Positions 47,801 to 55,775 of a stretch of DNA of 64,000 nucleotides are shown piece after piece. Origin of the DNA: an uncultured virus (IMG/VR IMGVR_UViG_3300045131_001195) (Duplodnaviria > Heunggongvirae > Uroviricota > Caudoviricetes); IMG/VR virus record IMGVR_UViG_3300045131_001195, positions 1-64,000 of that record. One strand, given 5' to 3'. The notes under the pieces were generated by a model that saw nothing but the letters and a program-made list of their open reading frames with translations, made no database searches and was not told the origin of the DNA. Within the stretch, counting starts at the first letter, position 1, and every line of letters begins with the position of its first letter. Both the position numbers and the translations under genes were made by a program.

Positions 47801-48849
47801 CCTGAACTTCCGCTTGTTCCAGATGAACCGCTTGTTCCAGATGAACCACTTGTTCCTGAACTTCCGCTTGTACCTGAACTTCCACTTGTTCCAGAACTTC
47901 CACTTGTACCTGAACTTCCGCTTGTTCCAGATGAACCGCTTGTTCCAGATGAACCACTTGTTCCTGAACTTCCGCTTGTACCTGATGAACCACTTGTTCC
48001 TGAACTTCCACTTGTTCCAGATGAACCACTTGTTCCTGAACTTCCACTTGTTCCTGAACTTCCACTTGTTCCTGAACTTCCACTTGTTCCTGATGAACCA
48101 CTTGTTCCTGAACTTCCGCTTGTACCTGAACTTCCACTTGTTCCTGAACTTCCACTTGTTCCTGAACTTCCACTTGTTCCTGATGAGCCACTTGTTCCTG
48201 AACTTCCGCTTGTACCTGATGAACCACTTGTACCTGAACTTCCACTTGTTCCTGAACTTCCACTTGTTCCTGATGAGCCACTTGTTCCAGATGAACCACT
48301 TGTTCCTGAACTTCCACTTGTTCCTGAACTTCCACTTGTTCCTGATGAGCCACTTGTTCCTGAACTTCCACTTGTTCCAGATGAGCCACTTGTTCCTGAA
48401 CTTCCGCTTGTTCCAGATGAGCCACTTGTTCCTGATGAACCACTTGTTCCTGAACTTCCGCTTGTTCCATTTTGACCAGCAAGAATATCAAATGTTAATA
48501 AACTACTTCCAATTGTTATCTCATCTGTTGTTGTTAAATAAAATGTTTTACCAGAATATGTTAATCCTGATAATACCAAAACCTCAACACCAGTATAAAC
48601 ATCGTCACTGATATTAAAATCATAATCACGGCTTAATAATTCTGATGTTTCTAATTTGTATATTCCATTATTTTGTGGCGAATTTTGTTGCCACACCAGT
48701 ATTCTATCATTAACATCAATATTAATCCCATCAATTGATGTTGGTGTTGTTGCTCCAGATAGTACTATATGACCTGTTGTTGCAACAATACACGGCCTTT
48801 TCTTCGTTGTTGAAATGGCCTGACCATAAATATTTAATCTAGTTGGCAT
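44899..48849 (-). CDS. Giant fibre protein: N-terminal attachment domain, ~625-aa (GSSGTS)n collagen-like shaft, Kelch propeller, C-terminal peptidase S74 chaperone
   Basis: DRILVWQQ...NGIY N-domain; uninterrupted Gly-X-Ser triplets; six Kelch blades; STEKVKENI...IGLIAEEV...ILIEAIK S74 pattern. Confidence 0.85.
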   Translation of the reverse strand: MPTRLNIYGQAISTTKKRPCIVATTGHIVLSGATTPTSIDGINIDVNDRILVWQQNSPQNNGIYKLETSELLSRDYDFNISDDVYTGVEVLVLSGLTYSGKTFYLTTTDEITIGSSLLTFDILAGQNGTSGSSGTSGSSGTSGSSGTSGSSGTSGSSGTSGSSGTSGSSGTSGSSGTSGSSGTSGSSGTSGSSGTSGSSGTSGSSGTSGSSGTSGSSGTSGSSGTSGSSGTSGSSGTSGSSGTSGSSGTSGSSGTSGSSGTSGSSGTSGSSGTSGSSGTSGSSGTSGSSGTSGSSGTSGSSGTSGSSGTSGSSGTSGSSGTSGSSGTSGSSGTSGSSGTSGSSGTSGSSGTSGSSGTSGSSGTSGSSGTSGSSGTSGSSGTSGSSGTSGSSGTSGSSGTSGSSGTSGSSGTSGSSGTSGSSGTSGSSGTSGSSGTSGSSGTSGSSGTSGSSGTSGSSGTSGSSGTSGSSGTSGSSGTSGSSGTSGSSGTSGSSGTSGSSGTSGSSGTSGSSGTSGSSGTSGSSGTSGSSGTSGSSGTSGSSGTSGSSGTSGSSGTSGSSGTSGSSGTSGSSGTSGSSGTSGSSGTSGSSGTSGSSGTSGTDGTSGSSGTSGSSGTSGSSGTSGSSGTSGSSGTSGSSGTSGTDGTSGSSGTSGSSGTSGSSGTSGSSGTSGSSGTSGSSGTSGSSGTSGSSGTSGTDGTSGSSGTSGSSGTSGSSGTSGSSGTSGSSGTSGSSGTSGSSGTSGTAGTSGTSPSIVELSISGATNGSNRTFTISQEIDQEASLFFVNGQLQQYGDDYTIAGNQLTIDSENPAPTSTYILKLFGGGILFGINGTSGTSAFITSSASTPSPIDANSMCFWFDTVNLEPMVSYCGYSGAASWSAGGALITGNQQFAGAGTQNEGLVFGGTGPVSCTEEYNGTSWSTGGALATARCGLAGAGTQNVGLAFGGHSSYGSCTEEYNGTSWSAGGALATARRFLAGAGTQNAALAAGGTYPITSCTEEYNGTSWSEGGALATARCGLAGAGSQNAGLAFGGNGPLSCTEEYNGTSWSAGGVLIVARRLLAGAGTQNAGLAFGGTPSGSCTEEYNGTLWSAGGALITGRQNLAGAGIQNAALAAGGGYGSLTCTEEYSAPIVLIDSSGTGTPGASGSSGTSGAAGSSGTSGASGTSGSSGTSGSNAGITSYTNPVDNRVLTSVSSTSINAEANLTFDGSVLTVTGTITETSTEKVKENIEEISNPLEIVKKLRGVEYNKIGNSIKEIGLIAEEVDKVLPQVVIKDYEGKPASVSYSRITAILIEAIKIQNKQIENLTKRIEVLEK
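46597..48470. repeat. ~18-bp (9-bp sub-unit) tandem array, roughly 100 GSSGTS units
   Basis: CCACTTGTTCCTGAACTT / CCACTTGTTCCAGATGAG variants; copy number may be assembly-sensitive. Confidence 0.95.
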
Positions 48850-48990
48850 ATTATTATTTTTTTACTTATACATAAATACTTTAAGGTTTTAAAAAAAACC
48901 TAAAATATAAAATTATTATATACTTTATAAAAAAAACATATATACTAAAACACTTACTTTATAAAAAATAGTATTCTATATCTTTAAATA

Positions 48991-51498
48991 TTATTCTCCT
49001 AACCATATTGCTTGAAACCAAGACCTAGTTACTTCTTGTGTTCTTGCATTTGCATTAGAACCATTATTAATAATATTTACATAGTCAGTTGAGCCATTTA
49101 GATATAAAATTTTTCTTACTTGTTGTATTATTGAAGATATTGAACCCGCTATTCCTATAGTACTGCCATTTTTTTGTATTCCCATATTAGCTTCTCCATT
49201 TCTATAGACATCATAACTAGCCGCAATTTCCCAATAACCTGCTTTTAGTGGTGTAAAGGTATAAGTTGAAGTATTAAACCATGCACTTGATACATTTACA
49301 CTATTATTCACAATACTATATCTACAAGTATCATTAGTAAAACTACCTGGTAAAGTATAAACAACGTCTGCATATGCTTCAAGTAAATAAAGTGCTACAC
49401 TTGTTCCAGATGAACCACTTGTTCCAGATGTACCGCTACTCCCAGATGAACCACTTGTCCCTGATGAGCCACTAGAACCTGAAATACCACTTGTTCCTCC
49501 TATTGCACCAGTAGATGTTAAAACAAATGAATAATTACTATTCCCTTCTGTATAATATGTAACATTTTTTGATGAACCTTGTTGATTATTAAGATATATT
49601 CTAACAATCATCCTATTAGTTGGATTGATTGTTGTTGTTGGTAAAGTTATATCAACATTTGCCTCAACTGGTGTTGACCCATCTAACCAATTTATAAGAC
49701 TAACATTTGATGTTATTATTGGTCCAATTGTTTGTCCACTAAAATTAGCCAATTGTATCTCAACATAAACATCCATCAAATCATTTTGATTTGTTTTTAA
49801 GAAATGTAAATGAAATTTTTGTGTCCCACCTGGTATTACAGAAAAACCTAATTCAGGCGTTATATAATCTGAAACTAATGTCCCTGTTGAATTACCTGGA
49901 ACTAATATAACAACACTTTGTTGTGGTGTGTCAAGTGGAGTAATTGATAGGGCTTTATACCCATTAACATCTGAATTTTGGCTTTCATTGAAATAATAAA
50001 CTTGACCTGCACTTATACCTTGTAACCCACTACTACCTGACGTACCACTTGTTCCTGACGTGCCTGATGTTCCATCTATACCTGATGTTCCGCTGCTTCC
50101 AGATGAACCACTTGTCCCATCTATACCTGATGTTCCGCTGCTTCCAGATGAACCACTTGTTCCCTCTGTGCCTGATGTTCCTGAACTGCCAGATGAACCA
50201 CTTGTTCCAGATGTTCCATTACTCCCACTTGTACCTGATGTACCATTAACACCAATAACAACACCACCATATATCTTTAATATACAATTTGGTGTTGGTG
50301 GTGGATTAGCATTATTGATTACTAAAGTTGTACCTGACAATATGGTATAATCTACATCATATTGTTGCAATTGCCCATTATAAAAAAATAAATGATTACC
50401 TATATCAACAGATTCAGATATTGTAAATGTTCTATTAGAATTATTCTGAACTCCTGTTATTTCTAATTCAGTTAATGGATTACCAGATGAACCACTTGTT
50501 CCAGATGAACCACTTGAACCACTTGTTCCAGATGTTCCAGATGTTCCATTAAAACCAATAACAACACTACCATATATCTTTAATATACAATTTGGTGTTG
50601 GTGGCGGATTAGCATTATCAATTACTAAAGTTGTGCCTGATAATATGGTATAATCTACACCATATTGTTGCAATTGCCCATTATAAAAAAATAAATGATT
50701 ACTTATATCAACAGATTCAGATATTGTAAATGTTCTATTAGAATTATTCTGAACTCCTGTTATTTCTAATTCAGTTAATGGATCACCAGATGAGCCACTT
50801 GTTCCAGATGTTCCTGCTAAACCACCAGATGTACCACTTGTTCCAGATGTCCCCGTTGTTCCCCCACTAATACTAATGCTAAACCCTGATATTGGTATTG
50901 TATTCCCTGAACTATCATATAAATATAATGTGGTATCTCCTGAACTATATGTTCCACCTGTGATATAAATCTCTGGATTGAACTCAACCCATCTTGCATC
51001 CCCTCTTGTTACTCCACTTATGCCTTCAATGGTTGACCCTGTCCAAGCATTTAACAATAATTTACCTTCATCTGTATTATCATATATCTGATAACCAAAA
51101 TCAATATTTACAACAGAACCAACATTTATAGCATTATTAAATAATGTTTCATAGTTTGGTATTTGGTATTGATATGTCTTATTATTCTCATAAACATAAG
51201 CAATCATACCAAGTTTTCTCCTTCCAGAAGAAATCCCATCTGAATATAAATTGACTACATTTGGAAAATTGTTTGGTGCATTATAACTAAAATCAATGGG
51301 AATGGTATTTCCTGAATATAATATTGTCCCTGTTGCACCACTTGGTATGTTAAAATTTAAATCACTTAATTTAAAAACCTCGTAAAAACCACCAACTTGG
51401 AATGAACTAAAATTGCTTCCGGTATTTGAATCTGTCCTAACTGAATTTGGCCCAGATAGTACAACTGATGATTTAGGATTTTTATAATTAAAACTCAT
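48991..51498 (-). CDS. Collagen-like (GTS) fibre protein with duplicated internal domain and C-terminal C1q/TNF-like head
   Basis: Short GTSGSS tracts; FNTSTYTFTPLKAGYWEI...LYLNGSTDYV C1q-like pattern. Confidence 0.7.
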   Translation of the reverse strand: MSFNYKNPKSSVVLSGPNSVRTDSNTGSNFSSFQVGGFYEVFKLSDLNFNIPSGATGTILYSGNTIPIDFSYNAPNNFPNVVNLYSDGISSGRRKLGMIAYVYENNKTYQYQIPNYETLFNNAINVGSVVNIDFGYQIYDNTDEGKLLLNAWTGSTIEGISGVTRGDARWVEFNPEIYITGGTYSSGDTTLYLYDSSGNTIPISGFSISISGGTTGTSGTSGTSGGLAGTSGTSGSSGDPLTELEITGVQNNSNRTFTISESVDISNHLFFYNGQLQQYGVDYTILSGTTLVIDNANPPPTPNCILKIYGSVVIGFNGTSGTSGTSGSSGSSGTSGSSGNPLTELEITGVQNNSNRTFTISESVDIGNHLFFYNGQLQQYDVDYTILSGTTLVINNANPPPTPNCILKIYGGVVIGVNGTSGTSGSNGTSGTSGSSGSSGTSGTEGTSGSSGSSGTSGIDGTSGSSGSSGTSGIDGTSGTSGTSGTSGSSGLQGISAGQVYYFNESQNSDVNGYKALSITPLDTPQQSVVILVPGNSTGTLVSDYITPELGFSVIPGGTQKFHLHFLKTNQNDLMDVYVEIQLANFSGQTIGPIITSNVSLINWLDGSTPVEANVDITLPTTTINPTNRMIVRIYLNNQQGSSKNVTYYTEGNSNYSFVLTSTGAIGGTSGISGSSGSSGTSGSSGSSGTSGTSGSSGTSVALYLLEAYADVVYTLPGSFTNDTCRYSIVNNSVNVSSAWFNTSTYTFTPLKAGYWEIAASYDVYRNGEANMGIQKNGSTIGIAGSISSIIQQVRKILYLNGSTDYVNIINNGSNANARTQEVTRSWFQAIWLGE
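50243..50793. repeat. Near-identical ~250-bp direct repeat (50243-50490 and 50546-50793)
   Basis: PLTELEITGVQNNSNRTFTISESVDI...LKIYG duplicated at a 303-bp offset. Confidence 0.9.
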
Positions 51499-51591
51499 TA
51501 ACTAATTTATTATTTTTTATAAATATATAAAATTACATTTTAACCATAACTTAAATGGTTGTAAATGTTATTCTATTTGTTGGTGTTGAAA

Positions 51592-53037
51592 TTAAATTGG
51601 TGTAGGAGTTGGTGTTGGAGTTAATGTGTTTGTTGGTGTAGGAGTTGCTGTATTTGTTGGCGTCTTTGTGTTAGTAGGAGTAATTGTCCTTGTTGGGGTA
51701 GGGGTTTTAGTTTGAGTCATAGTTATAGTTGGTGTTGGTGTTAATGTATTTGTTGGTGTTGGAGTTGGTGATGGGCATATTGTTGAACCAGTAATAACCC
51801 CAACTGAATCAGTTGAATAGCAATATCCGTTTATGCTAAAATTCTTTGCCCCATTCCAACTGCTATCGTCATTGTTTATACATGATTGAAAATCAATATA
51901 ATATTTCTGACCATTTGCACCATTAAATGTTGTTGTTTTTCCACATATTCTGGTATTTGCAACCTCCCTACAAACATCATAACAAGATAATACTGATGGG
52001 GTTGACGGATCCAAATAAACATCAAAACAATTGCAACCATTTAAATCTGGTATTAAGGAATTTCCCTTAAAATATATTTTGTTATCATTATTTAATCTGA
52101 AATTTGTATTGCTAAATGTTGTATATATATGATAATAATTTTGTGGAATTGTGAAGCCACTATATATTACCGTTAATTCTGCATATAATAAATTTGTATT
52201 AACCGGGACTAATGATGTTGAATCCCCATATTCATTAACCCCAATGTTGCTAACAAGATTTCTATTTGTGTCCATATTTGGTATAACCCAAGTATACCAA
52301 GAATAACCTGTTGTCAAATATGCTGGAACTTCATGCGTCTTGAATAAATAAGCTTGAATTAAATTACCATATTCATCAAATCCACCACTATTTTGGCGTA
52401 TCTTTGTTGTTCTTACTTGTGGTGCATTTGCTCCCCAACCTGAAAAGGATATATACCTATTAATCTGGTCATTAAATGTTGCTGCACTTATTGATGGAGC
52501 AATACCATTTGAAAATCCCCTAAATAAACTACCACCAGATGACATCCAAGAATTGAACTCCACATTCATACTAACTGGCTCAATAAATAAATAAGCCTCA
52601 TACTCTTCCGGTGTTGTTGGGGTAACTGTTGGAGTTATGGTTGGTGTTGGAGTATTTGTCTTTGTTGGGGTATTTGTTGGTGTTGGAGTGTTTGTTGATG
52701 TTACAGATGGTGTTGGCGTCTGTGTTGGCGTCTTTGTTGGCGTCTGTGTTATAGATGGTGTTATACTTGGGGTTGGTGTTATAGATGGTGTTGGAGTTGG
52801 GGTTGTGCATAAAATCTCAAGAGTTATTCCAGCCAAAAATTGCTCTCTTGTTATATTGCTATATATTGGCTCACTATCAATTGTATCAATATAAAAATTA
52901 AATGGACCTTTTGAGTGAGATGAGGGATTTAATTGTAAGAAATACCTTGAACAAGCAGTAACCCCTGTTATCTCATTCTCTATGCTATTCTCACATATTG
53001 GATCAATATTTACTACAATTAATTTATATGTTGCCAT
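51592..53037 (-). CDS. Structural protein with two long Pro-Thr tracts
   Basis: [10 protein letters not shown]... tracts, Cys-rich modules. Confidence 0.75.
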   Translation of the reverse strand: MATYKLIVVNIDPICENSIENEITGVTACSRYFLQLNPSSHSKGPFNFYIDTIDSEPIYSNITREQFLAGITLEILCTTPTPTPSITPTPSITPSITQTPTKTPTQTPTPSVTSTNTPTPTNTPTKTNTPTPTITPTVTPTTPEEYEAYLFIEPVSMNVEFNSWMSSGGSLFRGFSNGIAPSISAATFNDQINRYISFSGWGANAPQVRTTKIRQNSGGFDEYGNLIQAYLFKTHEVPAYLTTGYSWYTWVIPNMDTNRNLVSNIGVNEYGDSTSLVPVNTNLLYAELTVIYSGFTIPQNYYHIYTTFSNTNFRLNNDNKIYFKGNSLIPDLNGCNCFDVYLDPSTPSVLSCYDVCREVANTRICGKTTTFNGANGQKYYIDFQSCINNDDSSWNGAKNFSINGYCYSTDSVGVITGSTICPSPTPTPTNTLTPTPTITMTQTKTPTPTRTITPTNTKTPTNTATPTPTNTLTPTPTPTPI

Positions 53038-53589
53038 TTAACAATCTATTATTTTAAAATAACTACAAGAATTTATATCTTTTATGGTAACAATAACTTG
53101 ATTTGACCCAGAAAATCTATTGGGGACATCAATGGTAAGTGGTAATATTCCAGTATTTGTTATTGTTGTAATATAAGTTTCATAATTCCTATTTATGTCT
53201 GATATATAAATACCAAATGGTGGAGTTCCTATTATAGATGTTAATGTTATTTTATTATTTGATGAGGCAATTGGAATATACCCTGGAGTTGAAGATGGGG
53301 TTGGAGTTGGAGTTGGAGTAATTGATGTAATATCAGTTATACTATAAACAATATCACAATTAATATAACAATTTAATTTCTTTGTTGTTCTGCATCCTTC
53401 ACTATCCTCAATAATAATGGTAACTTGGGGAGCTGAATTAAATATAATAGGTAATTCATATGTTATATCAACCACCAAAGGTAATGTTGTTACTTGACCC
53501 AGATAGTTTTCATTCCCCCCAAATGCATCAGATACATATATATTTAAAGGAGTTGCCCCACTTATACTTGAAATAATAATGTTTGTCAT
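53038..53589 (-). CDS. Two-module beta protein with PT linker
   Basis: Internal duplication separated by TPTPTPTP. Confidence 0.7.
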   Translation of the reverse strand: MTNIIISSISGATPLNIYVSDAFGGNENYLGQVTTLPLVVDITYELPIIFNSAPQVTIIIEDSEGCRTTKKLNCYINCDIVYSITDITSITPTPTPTPSSTPGYIPIASSNNKITLTSIIGTPPFGIYISDINRNYETYITTITNTGILPLTIDVPNRFSGSNQVIVTIKDINSCSYFKIIDC

Positions 53590-55775
53590 AATTTACAAGA
53601 TATATCATAATCTATTTTCAATTTTATGGTTAATACTTGTGAGGTTATACTATCTCCTGGTTCTGCTATGATGTTTATTGTATTTGTTATTAAGTCATAA
53701 GACACACTCTGTATTCCTGGGATTCCAAGTAATCCTTTTAGGGTATTACCAGCCAACAAATCAACTATGGATTCTGCATAAACCGAATCTGTTGGAACAT
53801 CTGTTCTTGTATATCCTGTGTAGAATGTATTTCCACTTGTGATACCACTTGGTTCTAACGTATATTCTGTTGTGAAGATTGCTGAGTTTAAATTACATTT
53901 TGGATCGATTATAGTGGTTGATCCACTAAACTCCATATTCACCAAATCACTAAAGCCCTCATTCAAGAAATCTAATAATCCAAATTTATTTATTGAATTT
54001 ATCCCAAATACTTTTGAATCAACAATGTATGTTTGATACGACTTTACTGTACTAAAACAACTTATACTTACATCTCTGGTTAATGAACAACCATTATTAT
54101 CCACAATTGTTAATGAATAATCACCACTAGTTAACCCAGTTGCTGATATTGATTGTGGATTACCAGATACATTACTTGACCAAGTGTATGTAAAAGGTGG
54201 CAACCCATCAGTTATCAAAGCTGTTATTGTACCATCATTACCATTCACACATGATGTTGGATATAATGAAAAATCCAAATAATTACTTGTGGGTATTGTT
54301 AATACTTTTATCTGCTCACAACCAGTTGAATCAATAACTCTTAAAGTCTTATTCCCATCTCTTAAATTTGTAAAAGTATATCCTGTTAAATTTGTATCTA
54401 AAATGCTATTTACATCATCCAAATAAAAATCGTATGGGGGTGTGCCCCCTGTTGTAATATATGCAAAAAGAGTACCATTGTTTGAATTACAAGTTGTCCC
54501 AGTTAATGAATAATTTAATTCAAATTTATCTTCAGCAATAATTGTCACTTCTTCATCATAGTAACAACCTGAAGAATCTTGCATATAAACTGTATATGTA
54601 CCAGTTCCTAAATTGGTAAATAAATAATTTGTTGAAGTTGTGGTATTTGTTATTGTATCCCCACTTGGTTGAATTAACCCATAAGTATATGGTCCAGTTC
54701 CCCCCAATATATTAATTGATATAATCCCATTAGATGAGCCACATAATGAATTTGTTCCAATAAATTCAACGCTTGAAACAGAATTTTCACTAACTAAACT
54801 TGTTGTAATATCAAGTGAACATAATGCACCATCTATAACCCTTATGTCATAAGTACCAGATGTTAATCCAGTAATCACAATGTTATTACTATATGTTATA
54901 TCATAAAATCCTGTACTTGCTGAAAAATAATATGGCGCAGTACCTCCACTAATGGTAACGTCTAAAGAACCTGTTGCAGTAAAGCATGATGGTTGTGTGG
55001 GAATTATCTGTAATAATCCCATAGATTCTGCCTCTTCAACTATAATTATTTTGGTGTTAACACAGCCTTGACCATCTGTAACACTAACAGAATAAGAATC
55101 TGTGGGTAAATTTGTGATTGTATTCCCAGTTGCTCCATTGTTCCAAAAATAACTATAAGGCCCAGGATTTGTTTGACCTGTTATGTATATTGCACCTGTT
55201 GATCCAGTAAAGCAAGGTGAATTTTTAACAATAAAATAACCATAATCAAATGATGTGGAATTTTTTATTATAAAATTTTCTGTTTTTGCTGTACAACCCC
55301 CAATATCTTCAACATAAATATAATAAGTGTCTGCACTTAAATTTTCAAAAATAATTTCCTCCGAATTAAAAATATTGTTTGATATTAAGGTATTTCCACT
55401 AGTATATAAATAACAATCTGTTGTTGAAAATAGAGATGTTGTTGTTCCAGTTACTGAACCATTTGAATCCCCACATGTTGAATTGATTGTTGACAATATT
55501 GAGGTACAAACTCCACTAGATATTGGAATATTTAAATAAAATTCTAAATTATCTGGAGCAGTTGAATCATTCACTCTAACCCCATAAGTTGTTGCTGATA
55601 AACTTGTAATTAATACTGGTTCAGTTATTGTTATATAAGGGGTACTATCAATATATGGATTAATAAATTCAATACTATAAGGTGGCGTTCCTCCACTTAA
55701 TTCAAGAAGTATTGCACCAGAATTTGTATTAGTGCAGTCGCCTGTTAAACTCAAAAAATAATCAAATGCTGCCAT
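53586..55775 (-). CDS. SprB-repeat structural protein
   Basis: Repeated C..NG.I......GGT.PY......L..G.Y.V.V.D..GC units; start at ATG 55775. Confidence 0.8.
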   Translation of the reverse strand: MAAFDYFLSLTGDCTNTNSGAILLELSGGTPPYSIEFINPYIDSTPYITITEPVLITSLSATTYGVRVNDSTAPDNLEFYLNIPISSGVCTSILSTINSTCGDSNGSVTGTTTSLFSTTDCYLYTSGNTLISNNIFNSEEIIFENLSADTYYIYVEDIGGCTAKTENFIIKNSTSFDYGYFIVKNSPCFTGSTGAIYITGQTNPGPYSYFWNNGATGNTITNLPTDSYSVSVTDGQGCVNTKIIIVEEAESMGLLQIIPTQPSCFTATGSLDVTISGGTAPYYFSASTGFYDITYSNNIVITGLTSGTYDIRVIDGALCSLDITTSLVSENSVSSVEFIGTNSLCGSSNGIISINILGGTGPYTYGLIQPSGDTITNTTTSTNYLFTNLGTGTYTVYMQDSSGCYYDEEVTIIAEDKFELNYSLTGTTCNSNNGTLFAYITTGGTPPYDFYLDDVNSILDTNLTGYTFTNLRDGNKTLRVIDSTGCEQIKVLTIPTSNYLDFSLYPTSCVNGNDGTITALITDGLPPFTYTWSSNVSGNPQSISATGLTSGDYSLTIVDNNGCSLTRDVSISCFSTVKSYQTYIVDSKVFGINSINKFGLLDFLNEGFSDLVNMEFSGSTTIIDPKCNLNSAIFTTEYTLEPSGITSGNTFYTGYTRTDVPTDSVYAESIVDLLAGNTLKGLLGIPGIQSVSYDLITNTINIIAEPGDSITSQVLTIKLKIDYDISCKL

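Noticed and set aside
46535..48611. Three long alternative-frame ORFs (VPDEPL, QEQVEV and LFLNFH repeats)
   Set aside because: Shadows of the stop-free 18-bp repeat; they begin and end with the array.
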